From NCBI GenBank assembly GCA_965215885.1, contig CBDCEW010000099.1, positions 1-64,000 on the forward strand: a DNA stretch of 64,000 nt, written 5' to 3'. The DNA comes from Candidatus Moanibacter sp. GTDB lineage: Bacteria; Verrucomicrobiota; Verrucomicrobiia; Opitutales; UBA2987. This document shows positions 42,804 to 52,045 of the stretch, piece by piece. The notes below the pieces were generated by a model. It searched no databases. It had not been told where the DNA came from and worked only from the letters and a program-made list of their open reading frames with translations. The position numbers were made by a program, and so were the translations under genes. Position 1 is the stretch's first letter. The number at the start of each line of letters is the position of its first letter.

Positions 42804-44069
42804 ATGATAGATATCAAATTTCTGCGGGAGAATCCGGAATCCGTAAGGGTTGCTATTCGAAAGAAGAAGTTCGAGTGCAATCTCGATGAAATTCTGGATA
42901 TGGACAGGAAACGACGGGCGGCTATCGCGGATACGGAGAAGCTTCGATCGGAACAGAAAGCGGCAAATGCCGAAATGGCCAACCTGGCGAAGGATTCGGA
43001 AACGTTTCGGCAAAAAGTGGAAGAGATGCGCGCCCTGTCCACCAAATTAAAAGCAGGTCAGGCGAAACTCCAGGAGATTGAGGCCACCTGGAGGGAGAAA
43101 TTCCTAACGATCCCAAATATTCCACACAATTCGGTGCCGGAAGGAGACGATGAGAAAGACAACGAAGTGGTGAGAACATGGGGAGAACCGGCTTCAGTCT
43201 CGACAACGGCGCTGGCCCATTACGATATTCCGGGATTTGAAAAACATGTCGATCTGAAATCGGGAACGAAAGTTACAGGATCGGGATTTCCGTATTTCGT
43301 CGGTGAAATGGCCCGTCTTGTTCGGTCACTCATTCAATTCTATCTCGATGAGGCAAACAAAGCGGGCTATCGCGAAATGATGACACCTTTGCTGGTTAAT
43401 GAGGCTAGTGCTACCGCGACAGGGCATCTTCCCGACAAAGAGGGGCAGATGTATGAGCTGGCCAACGAACGATTTTTCCTCATACCGACGGCGGAGGTGT
43501 CGATTACCAATTACCTCCGGGACGAAATCGTGGATCATTCCGCTTTGCCGATAAGCTTTTGTGGCTATACGCCCTGTTTTCGGCGTGAGGCGGGGAGTTA
43601 TGGGAAGGAAGTTCGCGGGCTTAACAGGACCCATCAATTCGACAAGGTCGAGCTGGTCAAGTGGGTTCATCCGGATTCCAGCTATGAAGAATTGGATGCA
43701 ATGTTAGGGCATGTCGAAGCCCTTTTACAGAAACTGGAGCTGCCCTACCGCCTGCTCTTAATGTGTAGCGGAGAAATCGGTTTTCCGCACGCCAAGCAGT
43801 TCGATATCGAAGTCTGGGCCGCGGGTCAGGGGCGTTGGCTGGAGGTATCCAGTTGCAGTAATTTTACCGACTTTCAAGCTCGACGTGCAAACACTCGATT
43901 TCGCAGTGAAGAGGGCAAGCTCCGGCATATGCATACTCTTAACGGATCGGCGCTGGCGATTCCGCGAGTCCTCGCCGCGATCCTGGAAAACAATATCGAG
44001 GGGGAGAACCGGATACGGATTCCGGAGTGCCTGACAGAGATCTTCGGGAAGGATACGTTGGAGCTTTGA
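42804..44069 (+). CDS. serS: serine--tRNA ligase
   Basis: Starts MIDIKFLRENP; motifs LIPTAEV, FRREAGS, EVSSCSN and TLNGSALAIPR. Confidence 0.98.
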   Translation: MIDIKFLRENPESVRVAIRKKKFECNLDEILDMDRKRRAAIADTEKLRSEQKAANAEMANLAKDSETFRQKVEEMRALSTKLKAGQAKLQEIEATWREKFLTIPNIPHNSVPEGDDEKDNEVVRTWGEPASVSTTALAHYDIPGFEKHVDLKSGTKVTGSGFPYFVGEMARLVRSLIQFYLDEANKAGYREMMTPLLVNEASATATGHLPDKEGQMYELANERFFLIPTAEVSITNYLRDEIVDHSALPISFCGYTPCFRREAGSYGKEVRGLNRTHQFDKVELVKWVHPDSSYEELDAMLGHVEALLQKLELPYRLLLMCSGEIGFPHAKQFDIEVWAAGQGRWLEVSSCSNFTDFQARRANTRFRSEEGKLRHMHTLNGSALAIPRVLAAILENNIEGENRIRIPECLTEIFGKDTLEL

Positions 44070-45508
44070 AGGATTGGAAGGAAGGGGCGGAGCGTCTCAG
44101 CGAACTGCTTCCGCGGGAGAAGCTTCATTCGGAAGTATTGGCGGCAATAAAGAAGGCGAGGAAGGGCGATCCCTGGCTAATTGCCTGTTCCGGTGGCGCG
44201 GATTCCGTGTGTACGGTACTGTCGTTATATGCCCACTTTGTCGAGAAACGTGCGGATATGAGGGTGCTGCATTTTAATCACGATTTGCGGGGAGAAGCAT
44301 CGCAAAGAGATGAGGAATTTGTATCGGAAATGAGCCGGAGTCTGGGACTGGCATTTTCAAAAGGAAGATGGGAGAGGCGTGACAAGGAGAAGGTAAGCGA
44401 AGAAGCCGCGAGGAGGGCACGCTTTGCATTTTTCGATCGGGTGCGCGAGGAGAGCGGAGGCCGTCTCTTCTATTTCGGGCATCATAGAGATGATGTCGCG
44501 GAGACACTGCTGATGCGCCTTTCCCGGGGGAGCGGTAGTGCGGGTCTGGCGGCCCCGCGACCCGTTCAGTGTTTTCGGGATGGACGTCTTCATTTGCGAC
44601 CACTCATGGATTTGCGACACTCGGAGATTACGCAGGTATTGAGAGAATCTGACATACCATGGCGGGAAGACTCGTCGAATGGGGAAGACCACTTCTATCG
44701 CAATCGCATTCGGCATGCCGTGGTTTCGGCTTGGCAAAGAGTCTCGCCGCACGATGTCGTGCAAGGTGCCGCTCGAGCGAGAAGGCTGCTGGAAGAAGAT
44801 GATTCTGCTCTGGAAGAGTGGCTCGACACCAAAATCGCCCCGATCGAGTCGCTTGCAGCGTTGGACGTTGCACCTCTAGCGGGCAAGCCCGCAGCCCTTC
44901 ACCGGCGGGCTATACACCGGTTTCTGATAGCGAATTCCCTCGGTGAGGTGCTCTCGAGTGAGGCGGTGGAAGATCTCCTGGGAGCAATGATGGAGAGGCG
45001 ATCGTTCCGGACGAGCGCGGGAAGAAAGCGTTTCATCGCGCTTGAGAATGACCGACTGTTTATAATAGTTGACTCTGTTTCAACGGTATGGCCATCCCTC
45101 TCGATTATTCCTCCGGCGACTGTCTTTCTCCCCGACTCCGCCTCATTGAAAGCGTCTTGGATGGACGTGAATGAGAATGGCCGAAGGGAGGTAATGGGTG
45201 GACACGTGGACGAGAAGGTGAATGCGTTTCTAAATATTGAGCAAGAGAATGGCCGGGGGTTGGTAGTTCGGTGCTGGAAGCCGGGAGACCGCTATGAGCC
45301 TCTGGGAGCGCCTGGTTCTCAGAAGCTTCAAGATCTCTTCACGGATCGAAAGATCCCCCGTTTGGAACGAAAAAAGCTGCCTATTGTCTGTCTTCCAGAT
45401 GGCCGAATTATCTGGTGTCCGGGGCTGCCCCCTTTGGAAGCCTTGAAAATCCGGATAAATACGGAGCGAGCTCTAAGATTGACTTACTTCCCGCCTTCGA
45501 CAGGCTGA
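44066..45508 (+). CDS. tilS: tRNA(Ile)-lysidine synthetase
   Basis: Motifs ACSGGADS, HFNHDLR, GHHRDDVAET, RPL and DSSN...RNRIRH; it lies upstream of ftsH. Confidence 0.95.
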   Translation: MKDWKEGAERLSELLPREKLHSEVLAAIKKARKGDPWLIACSGGADSVCTVLSLYAHFVEKRADMRVLHFNHDLRGEASQRDEEFVSEMSRSLGLAFSKGRWERRDKEKVSEEAARRARFAFFDRVREESGGRLFYFGHHRDDVAETLLMRLSRGSGSAGLAAPRPVQCFRDGRLHLRPLMDLRHSEITQVLRESDIPWREDSSNGEDHFYRNRIRHAVVSAWQRVSPHDVVQGAARARRLLEEDDSALEEWLDTKIAPIESLAALDVAPLAGKPAALHRRAIHRFLIANSLGEVLSSEAVEDLLGAMMERRSFRTSAGRKRFIALENDRLFIIVDSVSTVWPSLSIIPPATVFLPDSASLKASWMDVNENGRREVMGGHVDEKVNAFLNIEQENGRGLVVRCWKPGDRYEPLGAPGSQKLQDLFTDRKIPRLERKKLPIVCLPDGRIIWCPGLPPLEALKIRINTERALRLTYFPPSTG

Positions 45509-45543
45509 GAAGAGCAAATATAGAGGCAATTTGAGAATTCTAC

Positions 45544-47550
45544 ATGTCTGAAGATCAACAGTCCGAACGAGATCAGAACCCTAATCGCGGCTCTAATTCA
45601 GATCGATTCAAGCCGATTCTGATCTGGCTAGTGGTTATTGGAGCCCTCTTCAGCCTCTACTTTTTCAGCGACCCGCGTCCCCGGACTAAGAACGTGTGGA
45701 CGATCAGGGACGTCATTAAGGCGGCCGAAGAGGGGCGCATTGCGAAAGGCAACATAAAGTCGGTCCCGACGGGGGGACCGGATTGGTGCGAGATCACGGT
45801 TACCTTGAAGGAGAGTACCCAGGGCCAGGAACAGATATATGTAGCGAAGGGTCGCCTTACAGAAGGAAACCTGGAACGATTGCAGAGTACTGGGTTGTTT
45901 CAAGAGAACCCTGCCAGCACACTCTTTACTGAGATTCTCGTCACCCTTCTGCCGTTTGTAATCATCATTGGAGTTTTGTACTTTCTGTTCGTGCGGCAGC
46001 TGCGCATGGCCGGGAGAGGGGCGATGAGTTTCGGAAAAAGCCGCGCCAAGATGCTGACGCGTGAGCGCGAGAAAGTGAATTTCAAAGACGTCGCGGGATG
46101 TGACGAAGCCAAGGAGGAAGTCGAAGAGATTGTCGAATTTCTCAAAGACCCAAAGAAATTCCAGAAGATCGGTGGGCGAATTCCAAAAGGTGTGCTGCTC
46201 GTCGGGTCTCCCGGTACGGGTAAGACTCTGTTGGCCAGAGCGGTGGCGGGCGAAGCCGACGTACCTTTCTTCAGTATCAGCGGTTCCGATTTTGTGGAGA
46301 TGTTCGTTGGAGTCGGGGCCGCTCGTGTCCGCGATATGTTTGAGCAGGGCCGGAAAAACGCTCCCTGTATCGTTTTTATCGATGAAATCGACGCTGTGGG
46401 GCGTTCTCGTGGCGCTGGACTGGGAGGCGGCAATGATGAGCGCGAGCAGACTCTGAATTCGCTCCTCGTGGAGATGGATGGTTTCGATTCGCACGAAGGA
46501 GTCATTATAGTGGCGGCGACCAATCGGCCCGATGTGCTCGATCATGCGCTGCTCAGACCGGGACGGTTCGACCGGGAGGTCGTGATCGATTTGCCGGATT
46601 TGATTGGGCGAGAGGAGATCCTGAAGGTGCATGCCAAGAAAATCCAGCTTTCGGCCAAAGCCGACTTGAATATCGCTGCGCGCAATACGCCGGGATTTTC
46701 CGGAGCCGATCTCGCTAACCTTTTGAATGAGGCCGCGCTACTCGCCGCGCGCTACGAAAAGAAGGAAGTCGAGATGAGTGATCTCGACGAGGCGCGAGAA
46801 AAAATTGCTTTCGGTCGTGAGCGGCGCCGTCTCATGGATGAAGAAGACAAGAAGCTCACGGCATTTCACGAAGCGGGCCACGCTTTGGTGGCGGCAATTA
46901 TTGACGACGACCACCTTCCGATCCACAAGGTTACCATAATCCCCCGCGGGCAGAGCCTGGGAAGCACGATGTTCATGCCCAAGAAGGATATCCTGAACCA
47001 TGCCAGAAAGCGGGTCCTGAATCAGATCTGTTGGGCGATGGGTGGCCGGGTTGCCGAAGAGATGAAGTTTGACGATATCACGAGCGGCGCCGCCGGTGAC
47101 ATAAAGATGGCCACCAAGCTGGCGCGGCATATGGTATGCGACTGGGGCATGAGCGACCTTGGTCCGGTCGCATTCGGGGAGAATCAGGACCACGTCTTCC
47201 TCGGAAAAGAGTTTTCGAGGACTCAGAATTACAGTGAGGATACGGCGCTCAAAATCGATTCCGCAATTCGAGAGATTATCGACGCGCAGTATGAGAGGGC
47301 CGTCCAGCTTGCGACCGAACGACGTGAAGAATTGGAGCTGATCGCTCAGGCACTTCTCGATTACGAAACGCTTGAGGGGAAGCATGTGCAGGAGATTTTG
47401 AAATACGGCGAGATTCGCTCACCCGTGATTCGAAATCTGCAACCGGAGCCGGAAAAAGAGGAAGAATCTGTCCAGGAAGGGAAGGGTGCCAAAGATGAAC
47501 GCACCCCCGAAGAACTGGGTCCTGGAACCGAGCCCGCGCTAGCCACCTAG
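45544..47550 (+). CDS. ftsH: ATP-dependent zinc metalloprotease FtsH
   Basis: Two TMs, [18 protein letters not shown] and HEAGH. Confidence 0.98.
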   Translation: MSEDQQSERDQNPNRGSNSDRFKPILIWLVVIGALFSLYFFSDPRPRTKNVWTIRDVIKAAEEGRIAKGNIKSVPTGGPDWCEITVTLKESTQGQEQIYVAKGRLTEGNLERLQSTGLFQENPASTLFTEILVTLLPFVIIIGVLYFLFVRQLRMAGRGAMSFGKSRAKMLTREREKVNFKDVAGCDEAKEEVEEIVEFLKDPKKFQKIGGRIPKGVLLVGSPGTGKTLLARAVAGEADVPFFSISGSDFVEMFVGVGAARVRDMFEQGRKNAPCIVFIDEIDAVGRSRGAGLGGGNDEREQTLNSLLVEMDGFDSHEGVIIVAATNRPDVLDHALLRPGRFDREVVIDLPDLIGREEILKVHAKKIQLSAKADLNIAARNTPGFSGADLANLLNEAALLAARYEKKEVEMSDLDEAREKIAFGRERRRLMDEEDKKLTAFHEAGHALVAAIIDDDHLPIHKVTIIPRGQSLGSTMFMPKKDILNHARKRVLNQICWAMGGRVAEEMKFDDITSGAAGDIKMATKLARHMVCDWGMSDLGPVAFGENQDHVFLGKEFSRTQNYSEDTALKIDSAIREIIDAQYERAVQLATERREELELIAQALLDYETLEGKHVQEILKYGEIRSPVIRNLQPEPEKEEESVQEGKGAKDERTPEELGPGTEPALAT

Positions 47551-47588
47551 AAGCTTCCGGCTGAGAAGGAATCGAAGGAGGTTGCCCG

Positions 47589-47870
47589 CGGGTGCAGTAG
47601 CCATCCCACGGTTCCATACGGTGGACGATGGATGAAGGAGGGAAGCTCAACTGAGACTGTATTCGAGCTGGGGCTTGCAGTTGCCGGCAGGCACGGTGGG
47701 ATGGGGCGAAGCCCACGGTGGGAGAATATCCAGAAGAAAAGCCCACGGGTGCAGTAGCCATCCCACGGTTCCTCGCGGTGGACGATGGATGAAGGAGGGA
47801 AGCTCAGCTGAGACTGTATTCGAGCTGGGGACTGGTAGTATCCGGCAGGCACAGTGGGATGGGGCAAAGC
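47589..47870. repeat. REP/BIME-like tandem repeat, about 157-bp unit, 1.8 copies
   Basis: GGGTGCAGTAGCCATCCCACGGTTCC..CGGTGGACGATGGATGAAGGAGGGAAGCTCA occurs twice; same family as 13478-13672. Confidence 0.85.
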
Positions 47871-48552
47871 ATTTAATTTGGTAATTCCCCGTCCCGGCAT
47901 GCCGGGACGGGGTCGCTGACTTTCTCAAGCATTATCGTGCGCGGAGCGCCCGACCCACCCGTAGCAAGGATGCCCGCTAAAATACGCGAAAGTGGGATTT
48001 TCGCGGAGGACAGAAGGTTGGTGGCGGCGTAGTGCCGAATCACGAGAACGAGTGAGTCTGTGCCATGCCACCGTTACGCACCTCGGGTGATGGACAAAGG
48101 TGAAAAGCCGGACGAAGTATAGGAATTTATAGGGGAGAAATATGGTGAGTTTGGGAGAGAATTGGTGAATTTGCTGTATTATGAGAAAGGGTTTTGCGGA
48201 CGAATTTCTCAGTGAATGCTCAATCATCAAGAATTGGAGGAACAGAGATGACAAAGGATGAGATTAATGCCTACATATTGAGATCCCTTCTCGACAAGCC
48301 GCTGCAGAAACTGATTACCGACTTGAAAGAGGAGAACGCGGAAGCAGCCCTACTGGAACTGATTGAGATCGGATTACATCTCCGGCACTTCTCCCCTTGA
48401 TAGGGTGCCGACGGTCGGACTTTCCGATCAGAATTTCCCGTTTTCATTCCCGGCGAGCCGGGAATGAAAAGAGTTCAATAAAGTCCCACAGACTGCCAAG
48501 CGAGTTGATGACAGGGGTTGCCATGTAGAAGTGGTAGGTTTTTGATTCCTGG

Positions 48553-50082
48553 ATGAGTGGGCCGAAATGCGTGGAGATTGAGGCAACTCCTGATGCTTGG
48601 GAGCAGCGGCGACTGTTGAGGTCATGTGCGATCCTGCGAAGTCGATTTGAGCGTATTTTCAAGCTGCGGCGCCAGAAGCTGGAGAAACTGATGGCGCTCC
48701 GTGGAGAAACATCGTCGGCGCATTCAGTAGGACCTGAACAGGTGTTAGGCCGATTGGAATCTCTTCTCGACCGGAATGATACGCTGGAGGAGGCCGAAGA
48801 CTATATCAAAGGTCAGGTCGAGTGGATTGAACGGGAAGTAATTTCCGTAGAGAGTGAACTGCAGGGCGCGTTCGGGGCGGCGCATTCGGAGATTGCCCGT
48901 TATCGGGAATCGCGAAATCGAATCGAGGCGCTGGTTAACGGAAAACTGGTGGAACTTCATGCCCTTGGGTCGGATCTTCTGTCGGAGGAAGAGAGAAATA
49001 CACTGGAGAATCGTTTCCGGGAGGGATTGAAGTCGCTGGGCTGGCCACAAGATCCCATTGAGGAAAACGATTTTACTGGCTGGAAGGAGAAGAGCGAGCG
49101 GGCCGATGCGCTTTCCAAACTCGAAGGAGAGTTAGCGCGTCTTTGGTCCGAATTGGCTGATGGGGTTGCGAGAGACGATTCGAACGTGGCGGAACCTGCC
49201 CTGGAGCTAGGGAAGGCTAAAGCCGAATCAATCGAGAGTTTCTTGAAGGAGCACCCGGTAGAGAGGGTGAAAAGGGAATCTGCACACGATTGGGAGAAAC
49301 AGATTGGCGAGCTCTTTTCCAATATCGCGGCGAGAGGCGGGGAATCAGTTTTGGATGAGTTGATGCATGAAGCTGATAAAATCGGCCGGGAAGATGATAG
49401 CACTCGAGCGCGAATGCTCTATGAGAATCTGGTAATGGAAGCGAGCGCGAAACTGCGAGACTTGAAAGCGTTGAGGAAATTTGAGGAGAGACTGGGAGAA
49501 CTATGTGATTCGATGGAACATCTGCGAGGACGCCGGTCTGTTGAGGAGTTGGTCAATGAAATTGAGACGCTAACACAGCTCAAACGGCCGACATCCCTGG
49601 AGGAACTGGAAGTTCGGATCCAGGAAACGATAGAAAAAGAAGAAGCCGCTCAGGAAAGAGAGAGAAAGAGATATGCGATTCTTGAGTCGATTTTGGCTTT
49701 GGGCTACGAACCGCGAGAGGGATTGAAGACCGGGTTGGTGGAAGGCGGAAAATTGATTGTACGGAAGGCAGATGAAGAAGAGTATGGAGTAGAGATTGTG
49801 CTGAACGATGATTTGAGCAAAATACAGACGGCGATGGTGCGATTTGCAGAATCTGCTGAAATGACTCGGCAGCAGCGATTGAGAGATGTTGAAAGGGAGA
49901 CAGAGTGGTGCGAAGACCACGCTGACTTTCTCGGTAATCTTGAAGAGCGAGGATTCGAACCATCATTTCTGATGAAACTCGAACCGGGGGCGCATCCAGT
50001 CAAAGTTGTGGTTGAAGGGGAGGAAGGGAAGCAGAAGAGACGTGAAGATGAAGTACTTCGGAATAGGCAACTTCAGGAATGA
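48553..50082 (+). CDS. coiled-coil protein, first gene of the AAA/kinase/radical-SAM/FHA operon
   Basis: 509 aa, E/L/R-rich and helical, with a C-terminal alpha/beta region (LALGYE...YGVEI...TEWCED). Its stop overlaps the next start (ATGA). Confidence 0.8.
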   Translation: MSGPKCVEIEATPDAWEQRRLLRSCAILRSRFERIFKLRRQKLEKLMALRGETSSAHSVGPEQVLGRLESLLDRNDTLEEAEDYIKGQVEWIEREVISVESELQGAFGAAHSEIARYRESRNRIEALVNGKLVELHALGSDLLSEEERNTLENRFREGLKSLGWPQDPIEENDFTGWKEKSERADALSKLEGELARLWSELADGVARDDSNVAEPALELGKAKAESIESFLKEHPVERVKRESAHDWEKQIGELFSNIAARGGESVLDELMHEADKIGREDDSTRARMLYENLVMEASAKLRDLKALRKFEERLGELCDSMEHLRGRRSVEELVNEIETLTQLKRPTSLEELEVRIQETIEKEEAAQERERKRYAILESILALGYEPREGLKTGLVEGGKLIVRKADEEEYGVEIVLNDDLSKIQTAMVRFAESAEMTRQQRLRDVERETEWCEDHADFLGNLEERGFEPSFLMKLEPGAHPVKVVVEGEEGKQKRREDEVLRNRQLQE

Positions 50083-51959
50083 CGAGCAAGGAATTTGAAC
50101 AGAATGCAGCCACTCCGCGTTGGGTAAAGGATCTCTTCCGCTTCCTAAACGTAAAGGCACAGTTTATCCTCTCCGGTAATATTCGTGACCGGTGCTCTTT
50201 TCCTCTCGAAGGAGGAGGCGCACTTCCCCTCGAACTGCCCTCCTATCTCTCAGAGATTCTCAAATTGAGAGGTTACGATCGTTTTATTGTATTCGATAGT
50301 GTCGACGGGTTCTCTCCCATGGTACCTCGTGGTGAACAGGCGGAGAACACACACAAGTATTTTCAGGAGACTTTTTCACTGGAGTTCGACGAGCGCGGTC
50401 GGCTGGCATGTTCTCTGGAGAGGTCGCTAGAAGTTATCGAAGCTATTGTCGGTGAGCGAAATTCCCTGATTGGGATTCTAATAGATTATGCTTCGCGTTT
50501 GACAGTAAGGCAGGGAAATCTCTCAGAGTCGGAACATGAGTATTTCGCGCGTGTGCTCAAGTTGTCCCAGACGGCGCTACCCCATCCCACGGACAGGGTA
50601 AAGGAGGCGTTGTTCAACACGATATTCTGGTTGTGCGATCGCGAGAATGATTTGCCGGACTGGTTATCCCTCGATAATCCGAGAGTGCGGCAGCTGATTG
50701 TTCCGAGACCCGATCACATTGTAAGGCGAACTCTCATTACCAGTTTGAGCGCCTCTCTATCCGGATACGAAGATTGCACTTCGGAGCAAAAAGAAGTGTG
50801 CACGGATGACTTTGTGGATCAGACGGAAGGCATGATGTTATCCGAAGTTGTGGCAATCACACAGATGTGTAGAAGCGAGAATCTGCTTTTCAGTGAGGTG
50901 GGGGAAGCGGTGCGGCGCTACAAGCTCGGAGTTACGGAGGATCCATGGAAGAAGATTGATCGGAGAAAGATTGAAGACGGCGCGGAGTTCGTTGGGCGGA
51001 GAGTGAAAGGGCAGATTCAGGCGGTTACCAAATCGATGGATATCATTAAGCGTGCAGTCACAGGACTCTCCGGATCGCAGGCATCCAAGAAAGGCGGCCG
51101 GCCCCGAGGAGTGCTCTTTCTGGCAGGGCCGACAGGGGTAGGCAAGACGGAGTTGGCGAAGTCTCTCACAGAACTGCTTTTTGGTGATGAGACTGCCTAC
51201 ATACGCTTTGATATGAGCGAATTTTCAGCGGAGCACGCTGATCAACGTTTACTCGGAGCCCCTCCCGGATATGTCGGGTATGACGCGGGTGGCGAACTGA
51301 CCAATGCTATAAGGGAGAAGCCTTTTGCAGTGGTCCTCTTTGACGAAATTGAAAAGGCGCACCCGCGAATTCTGGACAAATTTCTCCAACTGCTCGACGA
51401 TGGAGTACTTACTTCAGGTCGGGGAGAGCGGGTCTACTTTTCGGAGGCGGTGATCATCTTTACTTCTAATCTGGGAATTTACAAAACCGATCCCGGTGGA
51501 CTTCGCACACCCAACGTGACGTCGGAGGATTCCTATGAAGCAGTGGCGGAGAAAATACGCGATGAGATTAATCGCTACTTTACGAGCGAACTCAACCGCC
51601 CCGAGATCCTCAACCGTATCGGTGAGAATATCGTAGTTTTCGATTTTATTCGGACGGAGGTAGCCGATCTCATATTCGAGAAAATGCTGAATAGCATTCT
51701 TGAACGCGTATTGGATGAGCAGAAAATGACGGTCGAAATACCCTCTCGATTTCTTAAAGAACTAAAAGCGCGATGTGTAGAAGATCTTTCCCATGGCGGT
51801 CGTGGAATAGGGAACCAGCTGGAAGCCTGGTTTATCAATCCCTTGGCCCGCACGCTTTTCGAAATGGAAGCCAGGGATGATTCGAAGGTCGAGGTAACAG
51901 AGTTTGGAGTGCGTGAGAATATTCCTTATCTCGCTCTAGCAGCCTGTCGGACTTTGTAA
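50079..51959 (+). CDS. AAA+ ATPase with a single ClpB-D2-type module and a degenerate N-terminal module
   Basis: Motifs GPTGVGKTELAK, RFDMSEF, LLGAPPGYVGY, FDEIEKAHP, FTSNLG, RPEILNRI and GGRGI. No D1 Walker A is present. Confidence 0.88.
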   Translation: MTSKEFEQNAATPRWVKDLFRFLNVKAQFILSGNIRDRCSFPLEGGGALPLELPSYLSEILKLRGYDRFIVFDSVDGFSPMVPRGEQAENTHKYFQETFSLEFDERGRLACSLERSLEVIEAIVGERNSLIGILIDYASRLTVRQGNLSESEHEYFARVLKLSQTALPHPTDRVKEALFNTIFWLCDRENDLPDWLSLDNPRVRQLIVPRPDHIVRRTLITSLSASLSGYEDCTSEQKEVCTDDFVDQTEGMMLSEVVAITQMCRSENLLFSEVGEAVRRYKLGVTEDPWKKIDRRKIEDGAEFVGRRVKGQIQAVTKSMDIIKRAVTGLSGSQASKKGGRPRGVLFLAGPTGVGKTELAKSLTELLFGDETAYIRFDMSEFSAEHADQRLLGAPPGYVGYDAGGELTNAIREKPFAVVLFDEIEKAHPRILDKFLQLLDDGVLTSGRGERVYFSEAVIIFTSNLGIYKTDPGGLRTPNVTSEDSYEAVAEKIRDEINRYFTSELNRPEILNRIGENIVVFDFIRTEVADLIFEKMLNSILERVLDEQKMTVEIPSRFLKELKARCVEDLSHGGRGIGNQLEAWFINPLARTLFEMEARDDSKVEVTEFGVRENIPYLALAACRTL

Positions 51960-52012
51960 TTCTTTCTAAAAGATCTCTCAAATTCATTCCGATCCCGGCT
52001 CGCCGGGACTAG
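51936..52012. mobile_element. 73-bp family B-like element inserted at CTAG in the ATPase 3' end
   Basis: CTAG at 51936-51939 and 52009-52012; left end GCAGCCTGTCGGACTT. Excision gives ...YLALEARK*. Confidence 0.7.
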
Positions 52013-52045
52013 AAGCAAGAAAATGAAACCGAACTAAAAATACCG

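Noticed and set aside
48248..48400. 50-aa ORF MTKDEINAY... as a sixth operon gene
   Set aside because: It is plausible but has no recognisable motif and sits 150 bp upstream, which is not enough support.
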